From a virus, in the IMG/VR virus record IMGVR_UViG_3300021425_000008, positions 77,062 to 141,061 of that record: 64,000 nt of DNA. One strand, given 5' to 3'. Made by a program: the position numbers and the translations under genes. The notes below the pieces were generated by a model. The model worked only from the letters and a program-made list of their open reading frames with translations. It made no database searches and had not been told where the DNA came from. Numbering within the stretch: position 1 is the first letter of the stretch; every line of letters starts with the position of its first letter. Below are positions 1-11,156 of the stretch, one piece after another.

Positions 1-3000
1 CAACCAATATTCAGAGGTTCTATTCAAACCATCGATACGGTAAACGGTGGTGTTGGATACGGTGCATCAACAATTATTGACTTTAACAGACAACCAGAAG
101 TCACTTTCCAATCAGGCGAAGGAGCACTATTGACTCCTATCATCAACAACGGTCAGATATCAGAAGTTGTTGTTCTCTCTCCTGGTAATGGATATAATTC
201 TCCACCAGATTTAGTTGTCAGAAGTTTAGATGGTAAGGGTGATTTTGCAATTCTTGTTCCAGTAATCTCAAATGGCCAAATTGATAGTGTAATCGTTCAA
301 AAAGGTGGAGCTGGATATACAGCAGGTAAAACATCTGTTGATGTAATTGCAGCAGGTCAGGGTGCAAGAGTTCAAACCATGATCAGGGGTTGGAACATTA
401 ACCTGTTTGAGAAGAACTTTAACAATATCTTGGACGATGATTGTGTATTGACGGAGAATATCGCTAATACATCTTTACAATTTGCATCCTTCTTTGCCCA
501 GAGACCCCTTAGAGCAGCTTCTAATTCAATTAATGGATTTGAAGAGGATAATATCAAGTATGGTCTTTTTGATCTTCAATTGACCACAGGTGGTGAGGAA
601 ACATCCAGTGGATTCCACTCTCCTATTTTTGGATGGGCATATGATGGAAATCCAATTTATGGTCCATATGCATACGATAAGATTAATGGATCTGGTAGCA
701 TTCGTCGAATGCAGAGTGGATATAAGTTGAAGAATACACCAGTCAACAGACCATCATACACAGCATTCCGTAATGGATTCTTCGTTGATGACTACGAATT
801 TGTTGGAGATGGTGATCTTGATGAATACAACGGTAGATTCTGTGTCACACCTGATTATCCAAATGGTGTGTATGCTTACTTCTGTACTATCAGTAATGAT
901 ATTGAATCTTCTGGTCCTTTCAATAAATATAGACTTCCACAGTTCCCATATGTTATTGGTGACAAGTTCAAGTCTTTACCGAATGCATTCAACTTCAGAT
1001 CATCGTCCAATCAAACTGAATATGACATCACCAAAAATAACTGGTTGAGAAATACCAGATACTATTTTACTAATGGTGGAAATAATGGATACGATTATAT
1101 CTTTAATTCGGATCTGATAAGAAATTCATCTGTAGATATCACTGCAACCACTAGTGGTGGTATTGATATTGTTGATATCAAAGATCCAGGTGAAAATTAT
1201 AAAGTAAATGATAAAGTCATCTTTGATTCATCTCAAACTGATGGAAGAGGTGTAAATTGGAGAGTTGCTGAAATTAAGGGTAAAGATGTCACTCAGGTAA
1301 GTCTTGCAAAAACAGTATTTGAAGATTCTGAATTTGTAGGTGATGCATCTAGAAATGCTTTCACTGGAATCACTTCAGTACCTCATGATTTCTTGACGAA
1401 TGATATTGTCTTTGTTGATGGTCTGTCAGAATTCTATAGGGGATTTACTGGACCATTCAGAGCGGGTGTTTCAAGTGAAAGATGGTATACATCAGTTGGT
1501 ATTAAGACTGGAACAGTCACTGGTATCGTAACGTTTGTTTATCTCAGCGGTATTATTGATGAAGCTATTATTAGACCGAATGACATTCTAAGAATTGATC
1601 GTGAACAATTCAAAGTATTAAATCTTGATGTTGCATCAGGAAGAGTGAGAGTTGAGAGAGGTTATAACAGCTCACCACAAACTACTCACACAGCTGGTAC
1701 TCTTGTGAGAGATGATCCCAGAAAGATTAGATTTAGTGCTCCAGGTATCTCTACATTCAAACCTTTAAATTTAAACAAGACTCATTACTTCATGCCTAAT
1801 GAGTCTGTTGGTCTTGGAACTGCTACTGCAGGTACTGCAACGACAATTACATTCTCAAATCCTGGTGTTGGTATCACACAGTTGAGACTTCAACAACAAC
1901 AATTCTATTATCCAGATCACGGACTTGAATTAAATACTCCACTCAAATATTATAAGGGTGGTGGTACTTCCTTAGCAGTTTGGAGTGGTATTCAATCTTC
2001 CTCGATATTCAATCTTGATGAGACAAGAGATTTGTTTGCTGTACCTATTACTCAAGATATTATTGGTCTGGCATCGGATAGAGTTGCCTTGAGTACGGTA
2101 ACCAATCAATATGTTGGTGTCGATAGTACTAAAGGTGGATTATTATACTATACCAATTCTACCAATCTTGGACAGACACATAGTCTTGTTACTGTTCTTC
2201 CAACAGTTCTCACGGGTAGAATCTCTCAAAATGTAGTGACAGTTTCTACTGGTGAAACTCATGGTATGAAGAGGGGTGATAGGATTTTGGTTGATGTAAA
2301 TCCAACGACAACCACAACAGTTAAGGTTCTTTATGATGATTACAATAGAAGAATAGTATTTGATAGAGATACCATTGAACCATCTGGTATCAACACAAGT
2401 AATAATTCGTTTACTGTTCCAATTAACAAGTATAGAACTGGTGATAAAGTCATTTACACTTCTGGAGATCCATCAGAGGGTCTGAATGCAAATGAAATGT
2501 ATTATGTTTATGTCTACAAGGATGACGTAATCAAACTTACAGATGAAGTTTATCAATTGTTCTCAGAAAACCCAACTTTTGTCAATGTTGGTTCTGCAAC
2601 AACTGGAAGTATTGCAAGAATTAATCCAAGAATCGAAGTTCAGAAGAATCAGGATTTGAAGTTTGATTTATCCGATCCCTCATTGTCATTTGTTGATAAG
2701 ACAATCACATATTCTGCATTTGAGATGCATCTTTATAGTGACTCTCAGAAGATTAATGAATTCTTCACAACAAAAACAAATTCAAAATTTGAAGTTACAA
2801 CTTCAGGACAAATTGGTATCGATAGTACGGCAAACCTCACTTTAAGTATAAGTAACGAACTTCCTGAGAGTCTGTATTATGGTTTTGAACCAGATAACCT
2901 AGACATCATACCACCAGTCAAGTTGAGAATATTTGAAGATGACCAAGTATTCAAACATAACACTATTGGTGTCGTACCAAATAAGTTTGATGGTGTTTAT

Positions 3001-6000
3001 AGTGTTGTGGGGGTAACTTCAGATACCTTTGATTATAATATCCCTTATGATAGTGATACTGTTACTTCTTATGGTTCAACCAATTCAACGGTTAAGTATA
3101 ACACCACTTCACCAACTGCATTTGGACCTATTAATAGAGTAACTGCAGTCAATGAAGGAATTGGTTACAAAACTCTGCCTGGATTTACATCTGTAAGAAG
3201 TGCAAAAGGAACTGGTGCATTATTAGAGCCAAGAAGTACAACAATTGGTTCGGTTCTCAAACAGAAGATAAACTATATTGGATTTGGTTTCCCATCCGAC
3301 AATACTCTGAACATTGTTGCAAATCTTCCACAGGTTCTCAGAGTAGAACCACTTGGTAAATTCGAACAGATCGGTATTTCTTCGGGTGGTGTTAATTATA
3401 GTCAACCTCCACAATTGGTTGTTCTTGACGGTTTAACAGGATTACAAATTACTGACCTTGATCTGAGATTTGACTTTGATCAGACCTTTGTAGATATTGT
3501 TCAGAATACACAATCTCTGAATGATGTTATACCAGAGATTATTCCCGTTCAAAACACTAATGGTTTCAGTATTAGTTCAATCACTTACAACAATACCTCA
3601 AAAGTTGTACGTTTGACTTTCTCTCATCAATTCAGTGATCCTGAAGATTGGCCATTTAAGGTTGGTGAAGAATTCCTCGTAGAAAACGTTGCAATTGGTT
3701 TTGGAACTGTAGGTAAAGGTTACAACTCTGAAGATTATGGATATAAACTCTTCAAGGTGACTTCATTAGATAGTCAACTCGGAGGAAGTGGTGCATTTAT
3801 TGAATATAGTCTTTCAGACGTTCTTGGTACAGGCGAAGTTCCTGGAGCAGTTGTAAGTACTGTATCTGGTACTGTAACTCCTAGAGTATACTTCCCGATC
3901 TTTGATCCTGTCATTAAAACTTCACCTCTGTTGACTGGAGAAAGGGTCACAAATGAAGGAAGAACTGGTATTGTTGAAAGATTTGATGAGGTAAGTAGAT
4001 ATCTCTTCGTTTCTGCTGAAGATGACTTTGTGGTTGGAACAGATGTGGTCTCTGAAACATCTGGTGTAAGAGCAACAATTTTAGACACAACTGTGTTTGA
4101 TTCAACGATCAAACTTGGTGTTGGTGCAACATTTATTGATGGTTGGCAAACAAACTCTGGTTTCTTGAACGATAATCTTCAGGTGATTCCTAATAATGAA
4201 TATTATCAAAACTTCTCATACTCTCTTAAATCGAGAGTTGCTTTAGACACATGGGATGATGCTGTAAGTTCTCTGAACCACACTGCAGGTTTTGAAAAAT
4301 TTGCTGACTTGGTTATTGATAATAATGCACCTGGTATCGTAACAGCAGCAGACATTGAGATTTCAACTGTTGTCGATCTCATTGGTGAGGGAATGCTCAA
4401 CTGTTTCCCTGACTTTGATGGTGCAACTGAAAGAACTTTGGATATTTCGAATGGAAGAACTATCTCCAATGAGATTGTATTTGAAACAAAAGTTCTTGTT
4501 GACTACTTCGAGTCAAGAGGAAATAGAGTTCTTAAAATCGATGACTTTAGTGATGAGTTTGATAGTGATCCAAGAGATACACCTTTCTCAATCATCAGTT
4601 TCTTTGATAACAAGTATGCATGGAATAAGTTCTTTACTCTTATTCAAGATACTGAAATTAGAAATAGAAAACAGTTTGGTATTGTCACCCTCCTTCAAAA
4701 TGGTTCAGATGGTTTCTTGAATCAATACGGTACAGTTGATACAGGTAAAGCACTTGGTTCATTTGAACATATCAGTATTGGTACAAGTCAGTTTGGTCTC
4801 GCATGGTACCCAAATCTCTTCGAATACAACAACTATGAAGTATCTTACTTCAACTTTGCTGGTGTAGAAAGTCTGACAGGAATTGGATCAACTGCAATCG
4901 GTAGTATGGTTTCAATAGCTTCATCTTCTGTCGCTGTTGGTGTTGGTACTACAACCACATTATTAGAACTTCCAACTGCAACTAGATCTGCAAAAGTTCA
5001 CATTCAAATGGAAGATGGTAATGACAACTACTTCTATAATGAACTGAACGTCCTTCATGATGGTACAAATGTACAACTCCTTCAATATGGCGATATTGAT
5101 ACTACCACCGATCCATCTTCAGGGTTTGGAACTTACACTGCAAACATAAGTGGTAGTAATATCGAGATTGACATTCATCCTACCGTAGGAACTGCTGTAA
5201 CGGCAAACATCTTGTCAGTCGAGGTACATGGTACAAACACTGGTGTTGACACCACTGGAATGATCGTGACTAACCTTTCATCATACCATACAAGTATCTC
5301 TTCATCTGGTACACCTACTGCCAATGAGATTGCATCTTTCAATAATCCATTTGCTGCAGAGTACTTCATGGTAACTGTCCATGATACTACGAATGATGAG
5401 TATGAAATGTTTGAGTGTCATGTCTTGGACTCCACTAGTAATCAAAATATTACTAAGTACGGTAGAATTGACACTATCTCTGGTGTAGGACTTGGTACCG
5501 TTGGTATGACCAAGACTGGAAGTTCGATTAGTTTGAACTTCACTCCAAATGCAAACATCGCTGTTGATGTGAAGACATTTGGTATTGGTCTAAAGAACTA
5601 TAACAATATTACGGGTATCACTTCAATCAGTGACCTTCAAAATAATATTCTCTTCTCTAACCATGGTACTTACACAGGTACCCAGTTCGATACAAGAAGA
5701 GCATTTAACCTGAAGCACAATGATCTTCCAATCTTCCAGAGAGCATTCCTTGGAAATAATTCAAGTATTGTAGATCTTACAAATAATTTGATCACCGTTC
5801 CTGATCACTTCTTTGTCACTGGCGAAAAACTCATTTACAGCTATGAGAATTCATTATATGAGTCCACTAATGCAATAGGAATTGTCACACAATCAATCGC
5901 AGGTGTTTCCACTGACAAACTTCCAACAGAAGTCTATGCAGTTAAAGTAAGTGAAACTCAGGTCGGTCTTGCTACTAATGCAGCTGCAGCACTTAAAGGC

Positions 6001-8856
6001 ACTCCTGACACCATTGATCTTTTGACTCTTGGTATTGGAACATTCCACAAGTTGACATCAACCAATCAAAATGCAAGAGCATTGTTGGCTATCGATAATA
6101 TGATTCAGGCTCCAGTCACTGAGGTTGTAGTCTCAACAACTCTGAATGAGGAAATTATATTCGATGTTGACTTTGAAGTCACTGGAATCACATCATTCAA
6201 AGCAAATGATCTGATTAAGATTGACGATGAGATCATGTTGATTCAGAACGTTGGTGTGACTGCAGCAAATAGTTTCAAGGTTCTGAGAGCACAGATGGGT
6301 ACTGGTGTTGGTACTCATGCAAACGGTACCACGGTTCAGAAACTTGGCGGTAACTACAATATTATTGATAACACTGTTCACTTTGCTTCTGCACCTTACG
6401 GAAATATTCCAATCGGAACAGATACTGCAGGTCCTGATAATGTAGATTGGTCAGGTATCACCACTCATTCTACATTCCAAGGTAGAACATTCATGAGAAG
6501 TGGTATTGAAGATGAAACTACAAGTACTTATAGTACCAACTTCACTTTTGATAACATTCAAAAGGATTTCAATGGTCAGAAGAAGGTATTCTCACTTCGT
6601 CAGAATGGAAGTAATATTACTGGATTTGCAACTAACCAAGCAATCATTCTGAACTCTAACATTCTTCAAGAACCACAGGGTGCTCAGGCAACTACTGGTG
6701 ACTTTACTCTAAGTGAAACTGCTGGTGTTACGAGTATTACTTATCTTGGTGAAAGTAGTTCTTCTGAGGATGATCCTAACAGAGCAACTCTTCCAAGAGG
6801 TGGCACTATTATCTCGGTTGCATCAACACCAGGTTTTGGTTTCCAACCTCTGATCTCTGCTGGTGCTTCATGTTTCGTCTCTGGTGGTGGTACAATCACT
6901 TCAATCGAAATTGGTAATCCTGGATCTGGATACAGAGTTGGTGTTCAGACAGTTCAGGTTGGTATCATTACAACTAACGTTGGTTTTGCAACTGTTGTCA
7001 ACATTGGTACTGCAACCGTTCAAAACGGTGAGGTCGTAGCAATTACGACATCTTTCTTCGGATCAAATCTTGATCAGAATAATCCACCACAAGTTGTAAT
7101 TGATGCACCTCTTCCGTATCAAGGTATTCCACTTGTATATGCAGATGGAACGACTGGTATAGGTACTGGTGCTAGGGTTGATGTCAAGGTTGGTCAAGGT
7201 TCAAGTGTAATTAATTTTGAACTTGTAAGTGGTGGTCTTGGTTATGGTGAGAGTGAAGTACTCAGACTTGCCATTGGTGGTACTACAGGTATTCAAACAA
7301 CCTCAAGTGCATCATTTGAACACTTTGAACTTACCGTATCTGATGTTTATCGTGATACCTTCAACGGATTCACAATTGGCGAACTCGACGTATTTGATAG
7401 ACTTGATCCTCTGTTTGATGGGGTCAGAAAGACATTCCCACTTGAAATTGCAGGAAACTTATATGCAATTGAAACTGCTAAAGGTTCAAACATTGACATT
7501 GCACAGTGTCTGATTATCACCATCAATGACATTCTTCAGGTTCCTAATGTAGCATATAAGTTCAATGGTGGTAGTATTATTGAATTTACAGAACCACCTA
7601 AGAAAGGTGATGTATCTAAGATTATCTTCTACAAAGGCACTCCAGATATTGACGTTGTTCTGGTTGATATTCTCGAAACCATCAAGATTGGTGATACCTT
7701 ACAACTGAAGAATGATTCTGGAAAGGGTCAGACATTGGCATTGTTCCAGGAGGAAAGAATTGTCACAGGTATCACAACCCTGGATACTGTCACAACTTTT
7801 GCTTATGATGGTCCTGGTATTACGACAAATCAGTCTCTGGTAAGACCAGTAACATGGTGTAAGCAGATTGACGACATTGTTATTAATGGTTCCTTTGTTA
7901 CAAAGGATAGGGTTGAGTTTGAGCCATCGATCTATCCTTACGGATACATCACTCAATATATTGGTGTGAATACTACTGACGCATATGTCGATAGTGTAAG
8001 ACCATTCTTCAATTCAACAAATGAAACGGCACTTCTTGATTATAACGATAGAGTAACGATCATCGACCAGACACCTATCGTTGGTGCATTAGCAACAGTT
8101 TCTGTCAGTACCGCTGGAACTGTCACTGGTTTTACAATCAGCAATGTTGGTTCTGGTTATTCTGGTTCAGCTGCTGTTTCTATCTCACAACCATTTGACA
8201 TTGTGGGTGGTACAAGAGCAACTGCAACAGCCAACATCTCTGGTGGTGGTGTGACATCATTCACAATCACTAATGCTGGTGCTGGTTATTCAGCTGCTTA
8301 TCCTCCACAAGTTCTAGTTGAAGTCCCTGAAGCAAGAAAAGAAACTGTTGGTGTCAATTCTTACTTCGGAGATCAAGGTATCATTGTTGGTTATGCTCAA
8401 TCTGCTGGTGCTTTGGGAATCCTTGAACTGTATCTTCCATATGATTCGTTCATGAGAGATACCACCATTGTAGGAACAGCTCTTACAGTCAGTACACTCA
8501 GAACTGGTGATCTGTTTGTTGTCAATCTTTCCAACTTCGGATTATCGACGAATACTAGTGATGGTATCTATCGTGCACATTATGTTTATGACCATACGGT
8601 TGATTTGACATCTGTTGGTATCGGAACAACCGTAGTCAAGAGAGTTGAAATTGAAAATGTTGGATTTGGTGTTACTGCAGTTGGAACATTTACAAGAGGT
8701 AAGGATCTGGGTGAATACACCTGGGGTAGAGTTCAATTTAAGAATAGAGTTGCTGCTAAAGCTCTCACATTTACACCAAATGGATATGCTGGATTGACCA
8801 CATCTCCAATCATACAGAGGACCAGACCTCTGAAGTTCAACAACTATCTAGTTTAA
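1..8856 (+). CDS. gp7: Giant baseplate wedge initiator (gp7-like) with YHYH-type domain; 5' end lies outside the window
   Basis: The frame is open from base 1 (CAA CCA ATA...), upstream of the ORF-track start at 130. It has Gly-rich GxGY beta repeats and the segment HSPIFGWAYDGNPIYGPY...DLDEYNGRFCVTPDYPNGVYAYF, and lies upstream of gp8. Confidence 0.8.
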   Translation, partial: QPIFRGSIQTIDTVNGGVGYGASTIIDFNRQPEVTFQSGEGALLTPIINNGQISEVVVLSPGNGYNSPPDLVVRSLDGKGDFAILVPVISNGQIDSVIVQKGGAGYTAGKTSVDVIAAGQGARVQTMIRGWNINLFEKNFNNILDDDCVLTENIANTSLQFASFFAQRPLRAASNSINGFEEDNIKYGLFDLQLTTGGEETSSGFHSPIFGWAYDGNPIYGPYAYDKINGSGSIRRMQSGYKLKNTPVNRPSYTAFRNGFFVDDYEFVGDGDLDEYNGRFCVTPDYPNGVYAYFCTISNDIESSGPFNKYRLPQFPYVIGDKFKSLPNAFNFRSSSNQTEYDITKNNWLRNTRYYFTNGGNNGYDYIFNSDLIRNSSVDITATTSGGIDIVDIKDPGENYKVNDKVIFDSSQTDGRGVNWRVAEIKGKDVTQVSLAKTVFEDSEFVGDASRNAFTGITSVPHDFLTNDIVFVDGLSEFYRGFTGPFRAGVSSERWYTSVGIKTGTVTGIVTFVYLSGIIDEAIIRPNDILRIDREQFKVLNLDVASGRVRVERGYNSSPQTTHTAGTLVRDDPRKIRFSAPGISTFKPLNLNKTHYFMPNESVGLGTATAGTATTITFSNPGVGITQLRLQQQQFYYPDHGLELNTPLKYYKGGGTSLAVWSGIQSSSIFNLDETRDLFAVPITQDIIGLASDRVALSTVTNQYVGVDSTKGGLLYYTNSTNLGQTHSLVTVLPTVLTGRISQNVVTVSTGETHGMKRGDRILVDVNPTTTTTVKVLYDDYNRRIVFDRDTIEPSGINTSNNSFTVPINKYRTGDKVIYTSGDPSEGLNANEMYYVYVYKDDVIKLTDEVYQLFSENPTFVNVGSATTGSIARINPRIEVQKNQDLKFDLSDPSLSFVDKTITYSAFEMHLYSDSQKINEFFTTKTNSKFEVTTSGQIGIDSTANLTLSISNELPESLYYGFEPDNLDIIPPVKLRIFEDDQVFKHNTIGVVPNKFDGVYSVVGVTSDTFDYNIPYDSDTVTSYGSTNSTVKYNTTSPTAFGPINRVTAVNEGIGYKTLPGFTSVRSAKGTGALLEPRSTTIGSVLKQKINYIGFGFPSDNTLNIVANLPQVLRVEPLGKFEQIGISSGGVNYSQPPQLVVLDGLTGLQITDLDLRFDFDQTFVDIVQNTQSLNDVIPEIIPVQNTNGFSISSITYNNTSKVVRLTFSHQFSDPEDWPFKVGEEFLVENVAIGFGTVGKGYNSEDYGYKLFKVTSLDSQLGGSGAFIEYSLSDVLGTGEVPGAVVSTVSGTVTPRVYFPIFDPVIKTSPLLTGERVTNEGRTGIVERFDEVSRYLFVSAEDDFVVGTDVVSETSGVRATILDTTVFDSTIKLGVGATFIDGWQTNSGFLNDNLQVIPNNEYYQNFSYSLKSRVALDTWDDAVSSLNHTAGFEKFADLVIDNNAPGIVTAADIEISTVVDLIGEGMLNCFPDFDGATERTLDISNGRTISNEIVFETKVLVDYFESRGNRVLKIDDFSDEFDSDPRDTPFSIISFFDNKYAWNKFFTLIQDTEIRNRKQFGIVTLLQNGSDGFLNQYGTVDTGKALGSFEHISIGTSQFGLAWYPNLFEYNNYEVSYFNFAGVESLTGIGSTAIGSMVSIASSSVAVGVGTTTTLLELPTATRSAKVHIQMEDGNDNYFYNELNVLHDGTNVQLLQYGDIDTTTDPSSGFGTYTANISGSNIEIDIHPTVGTAVTANILSVEVHGTNTGVDTTGMIVTNLSSYHTSISSSGTPTANEIASFNNPFAAEYFMVTVHDTTNDEYEMFECHVLDSTSNQNITKYGRIDTISGVGLGTVGMTKTGSSISLNFTPNANIAVDVKTFGIGLKNYNNITGITSISDLQNNILFSNHGTYTGTQFDTRRAFNLKHNDLPIFQRAFLGNNSSIVDLTNNLITVPDHFFVTGEKLIYSYENSLYESTNAIGIVTQSIAGVSTDKLPTEVYAVKVSETQVGLATNAAAALKGTPDTIDLLTLGIGTFHKLTSTNQNARALLAIDNMIQAPVTEVVVSTTLNEEIIFDVDFEVTGITSFKANDLIKIDDEIMLIQNVGVTAANSFKVLRAQMGTGVGTHANGTTVQKLGGNYNIIDNTVHFASAPYGNIPIGTDTAGPDNVDWSGITTHSTFQGRTFMRSGIEDETTSTYSTNFTFDNIQKDFNGQKKVFSLRQNGSNITGFATNQAIILNSNILQEPQGAQATTGDFTLSETAGVTSITYLGESSSSEDDPNRATLPRGGTIISVASTPGFGFQPLISAGASCFVSGGGTITSIEIGNPGSGYRVGVQTVQVGIITTNVGFATVVNIGTATVQNGEVVAITTSFFGSNLDQNNPPQVVIDAPLPYQGIPLVYADGTTGIGTGARVDVKVGQGSSVINFELVSGGLGYGESEVLRLAIGGTTGIQTTSSASFEHFELTVSDVYRDTFNGFTIGELDVFDRLDPLFDGVRKTFPLEIAGNLYAIETAKGSNIDIAQCLIITINDILQVPNVAYKFNGGSIIEFTEPPKKGDVSKIIFYKGTPDIDVVLVDILETIKIGDTLQLKNDSGKGQTLALFQEERIVTGITTLDTVTTFAYDGPGITTNQSLVRPVTWCKQIDDIVINGSFVTKDRVEFEPSIYPYGYITQYIGVNTTDAYVDSVRPFFNSTNETALLDYNDRVTIIDQTPIVGALATVSVSTAGTVTGFTISNVGSGYSGSAAVSISQPFDIVGGTRATATANISGGGVTSFTITNAGAGYSAAYPPQVLVEVPEARKETVGVNSYFGDQGIIVGYAQSAGALGILELYLPYDSFMRDTTIVGTALTVSTLRTGDLFVVNLSNFGLSTNTSDGIYRAHYVYDHTVDLTSVGIGTTVVKRVEIENVGFGVTAVGTFTRGKDLGEYTWGRVQFKNRVAAKALTFTPNGYAGLTTSPIIQRTRPLKFNNYLV

Positions 8857-8857
8857 A

Positions 8858-8864
8858 ATAAATA
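8858..8864 (+). promoter_or_regulatory. T4-type late promoter (ATAAATA)
   Basis: TAAATA core in the intergenic gap about 27 nt before the ATG at 8891. Confidence 0.6.
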
Positions 8865-8890
8865 AAACATAGAAAAGGATCCTACAGTAG

Positions 8891-9556
8891 ATGGCATACC
8901 AAGGTATTAATACTGGCACAACGCCAAATGATGGTACTGGTGACACTCTAGTTGCTGGTGGTGTAAAAATCAACAGCAACTTCACTGAGATTTATAATCT
9001 CCTTGGTAATGGAACCACTTTATCTGTTGGAGTTGTATCTGCAATAACCGCAGGAACAAATGTTTCGTTAAACACAACAACTGGTAATGTAACGGTATCT
9101 GTACCAACTCCAGTTTCTATTGCAACCACAGACGTTGACATTTCGAGAAACCTCAAGGTTGCTGGGATTACGACCTTAGGAGTTGTCACTGGAGCTACAT
9201 ATTATGGTAATGCATCTTATATCACACATTCTAAGTGGGATCTTGGTGCAGATGGATCCACACACTATCTCTTTACGGGTCCGGCTGGATTAAGTTCTAC
9301 AGCAGATCCAGTCATCTACTTGGCAAGAGGTCAGAATTACGAATTTGTCAATAATATGGGTGCCCATCCATTTGAAATTCGTTCATCAAATGGTGGATCC
9401 GCATTCTCAACAGGTGTTACAAATAATGCAGTGTCTAACGGAACTCTGAGATTTGAAGTTCCATTCAGTGCACCAAACTCGCTGTACTATCAATGTACAA
9501 CTCACGCTGGTATGGGTGGAACGATTGTTATCTATCCGAACTTGTTCACGGTCTAA
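8891..9556 (+). CDS. Baseplate/fibre-connector protein: gp9/gp10-like N-terminus plus cupredoxin-like C-terminal domain
   Basis: N-terminus INTGTTPNDGTGDTL..GGVKINSNFTEIY is the gp9/gp10 N-terminal motif; C-terminus has HPF...LYYQCTTHAGMGG. Confidence 0.7.
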   Translation: MAYQGINTGTTPNDGTGDTLVAGGVKINSNFTEIYNLLGNGTTLSVGVVSAITAGTNVSLNTTTGNVTVSVPTPVSIATTDVDISRNLKVAGITTLGVVTGATYYGNASYITHSKWDLGADGSTHYLFTGPAGLSSTADPVIYLARGQNYEFVNNMGAHPFEIRSSNGGSAFSTGVTNNAVSNGTLRFEVPFSAPNSLYYQCTTHAGMGGTIVIYPNLFTV

Positions 9557-9564
9557 ATTAACGT

Positions 9565-9571
9565 CTAAATA
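9565..9571 (+). promoter_or_regulatory. Late promoter (CTAAATA)
   Basis: TAAATA core upstream of gp8. Confidence 0.6.
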
Positions 9572-9591
9572 AGAAAAAAGTCCTCTAACAA

Positions 9592-11151
9592 ATGGCTGCG
9601 ATAATTACTGATCAACTGCGTATCTTGAATGCGAAAAATTTTGTAGATTCTGTACAAGATTCTTCTAATTCGTATTATGCATGGATTGGTCTTCCAGATG
9701 CTCCTGAGTTTCAGAGTGATTGGAATACTGCTCCTCCTGCACCAAAGGATAGTTTAGATGATTCCAATTATTATTGGGATACTATGTTGGCCCTTAAAAA
9801 GATCAACAGTGGTGATGTAAGTCAGGTTGTAAGAAAGATTTCTTGGCAGTCAGGTACCACATACGACATGTGGAGAAATGATATTGACAGAGATAATCCT
9901 TCTCAACCATCTGGAGCATTTGATATCTATGACTCCAACTTCTATGTAATGAATAGTGAGTATAAAGTTTATATTTGTCTCTTCAATAACGCAAATCCAG
10001 AGAATAGTTTTAGAGGTGGTCCTTCTCTCGATGAACCTAATTTCACTGACTTAGAACCAAGACAAGCTGGAAGTAGTGGTGATGGTTATATTTGGAAATA
10101 TCTTTATACTATCAAACCAAATCAAATTATTAAGTTTGATTCTACGAATTATATTGCCGTTCCAACTGACTGGGACACTAATGCATCTTACCAATCAGTT
10201 AGAGAAAATGCAGGTACAAGTGGTCAGTTAAAAATCGTCACGATCAGAAATCGTGGTGTTGGTATTGGAACAGCTAATGTAACTTACACAAGAGTTCCTA
10301 TTCTTGGTGATGGTAGAGGTGCTGAAGCAACTGTTGTTATCAACAATGACTCCAAAGTACAGTCTGTCACTGTATCAAGAGGTGGTGAAGGATATTCATT
10401 CGGTACACTAGATCTTGAAAGGGGTGGTGTTCCTACAGGAACAATTACTCCAGTATTTGATGTAATCATTCCTCCTAGTGGTGGTCATGGTGCTGACATT
10501 TATCGTGAGTTGGGTGCATATAATGTTCTCTCTTATGCAAGATTTGAAAATGATACTCAGAACCCAGATTTCATCACTGGTAACCAGTTTGCACAAGTTG
10601 GTATTGTTAAGAATCCAAAGGCTTACAATTCAACCACTAATTTGACACTTGACAAAGCCAGTGCAGTATATGCACTGAAATTGGTTGGTACTGGATATAG
10701 TCAAGCAAAATTCACAGCAGATACTTTTGTTACTCAGACTGTTGGTCTTGGTTCAACTGCTGTTGGTAGAGTTGTTTCATACGATCAACAAACTGGCATC
10801 TTAAAGTATTGGCAGGACAGAAGAACTGCTGGTTTCAATACTGATGGTACAAAACTTACCACACCTCAGTATGGATTCGGACAATTAAAGTTCACCGCCG
10901 ATCCTGTAAGTGGTGGTAGCGTAGACATTATTCCTACATCTGGAAATACTCTTCAAATTGACGGTGCTTTTACGGGTGTCTCAACGGTAATAAATAATCG
11001 TACCTACTACTTGGGTCAGGACTTCACTAAAGGAGTCTCTAATCCAGAGTCTGATAAGTACTCTGGTGACATCATTTATGTTGACAACAGACCTTCAGTT
11101 ACTAGATCAGCTTCACAGAAAGAAGACGTTAAAGTTATCTTGCAATTTTAA
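9592..11151 (+). CDS. gp8: Baseplate wedge subunit gp8
   Basis: MAAIITDQLRILNAKNF start, DGYIWKYLYTI, and C-terminal GDIIYVDNRPSVTRSASQKEDVKVILQF. Confidence 0.9.
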   Translation: MAAIITDQLRILNAKNFVDSVQDSSNSYYAWIGLPDAPEFQSDWNTAPPAPKDSLDDSNYYWDTMLALKKINSGDVSQVVRKISWQSGTTYDMWRNDIDRDNPSQPSGAFDIYDSNFYVMNSEYKVYICLFNNANPENSFRGGPSLDEPNFTDLEPRQAGSSGDGYIWKYLYTIKPNQIIKFDSTNYIAVPTDWDTNASYQSVRENAGTSGQLKIVTIRNRGVGIGTANVTYTRVPILGDGRGAEATVVINNDSKVQSVTVSRGGEGYSFGTLDLERGGVPTGTITPVFDVIIPPSGGHGADIYRELGAYNVLSYARFENDTQNPDFITGNQFAQVGIVKNPKAYNSTTNLTLDKASAVYALKLVGTGYSQAKFTADTFVTQTVGLGSTAVGRVVSYDQQTGILKYWQDRRTAGFNTDGTKLTTPQYGFGQLKFTADPVSGGSVDIIPTSGNTLQIDGAFTGVSTVINNRTYYLGQDFTKGVSNPESDKYSGDIIYVDNRPSVTRSASQKEDVKVILQF

Positions 11152-11156
11152 GAGAT

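Noticed and set aside
610-960. YHYH-type domain in gp7 as a novelty
   Set aside because: Commonly seen in cyanophage baseplate proteins; listed as a feature only.
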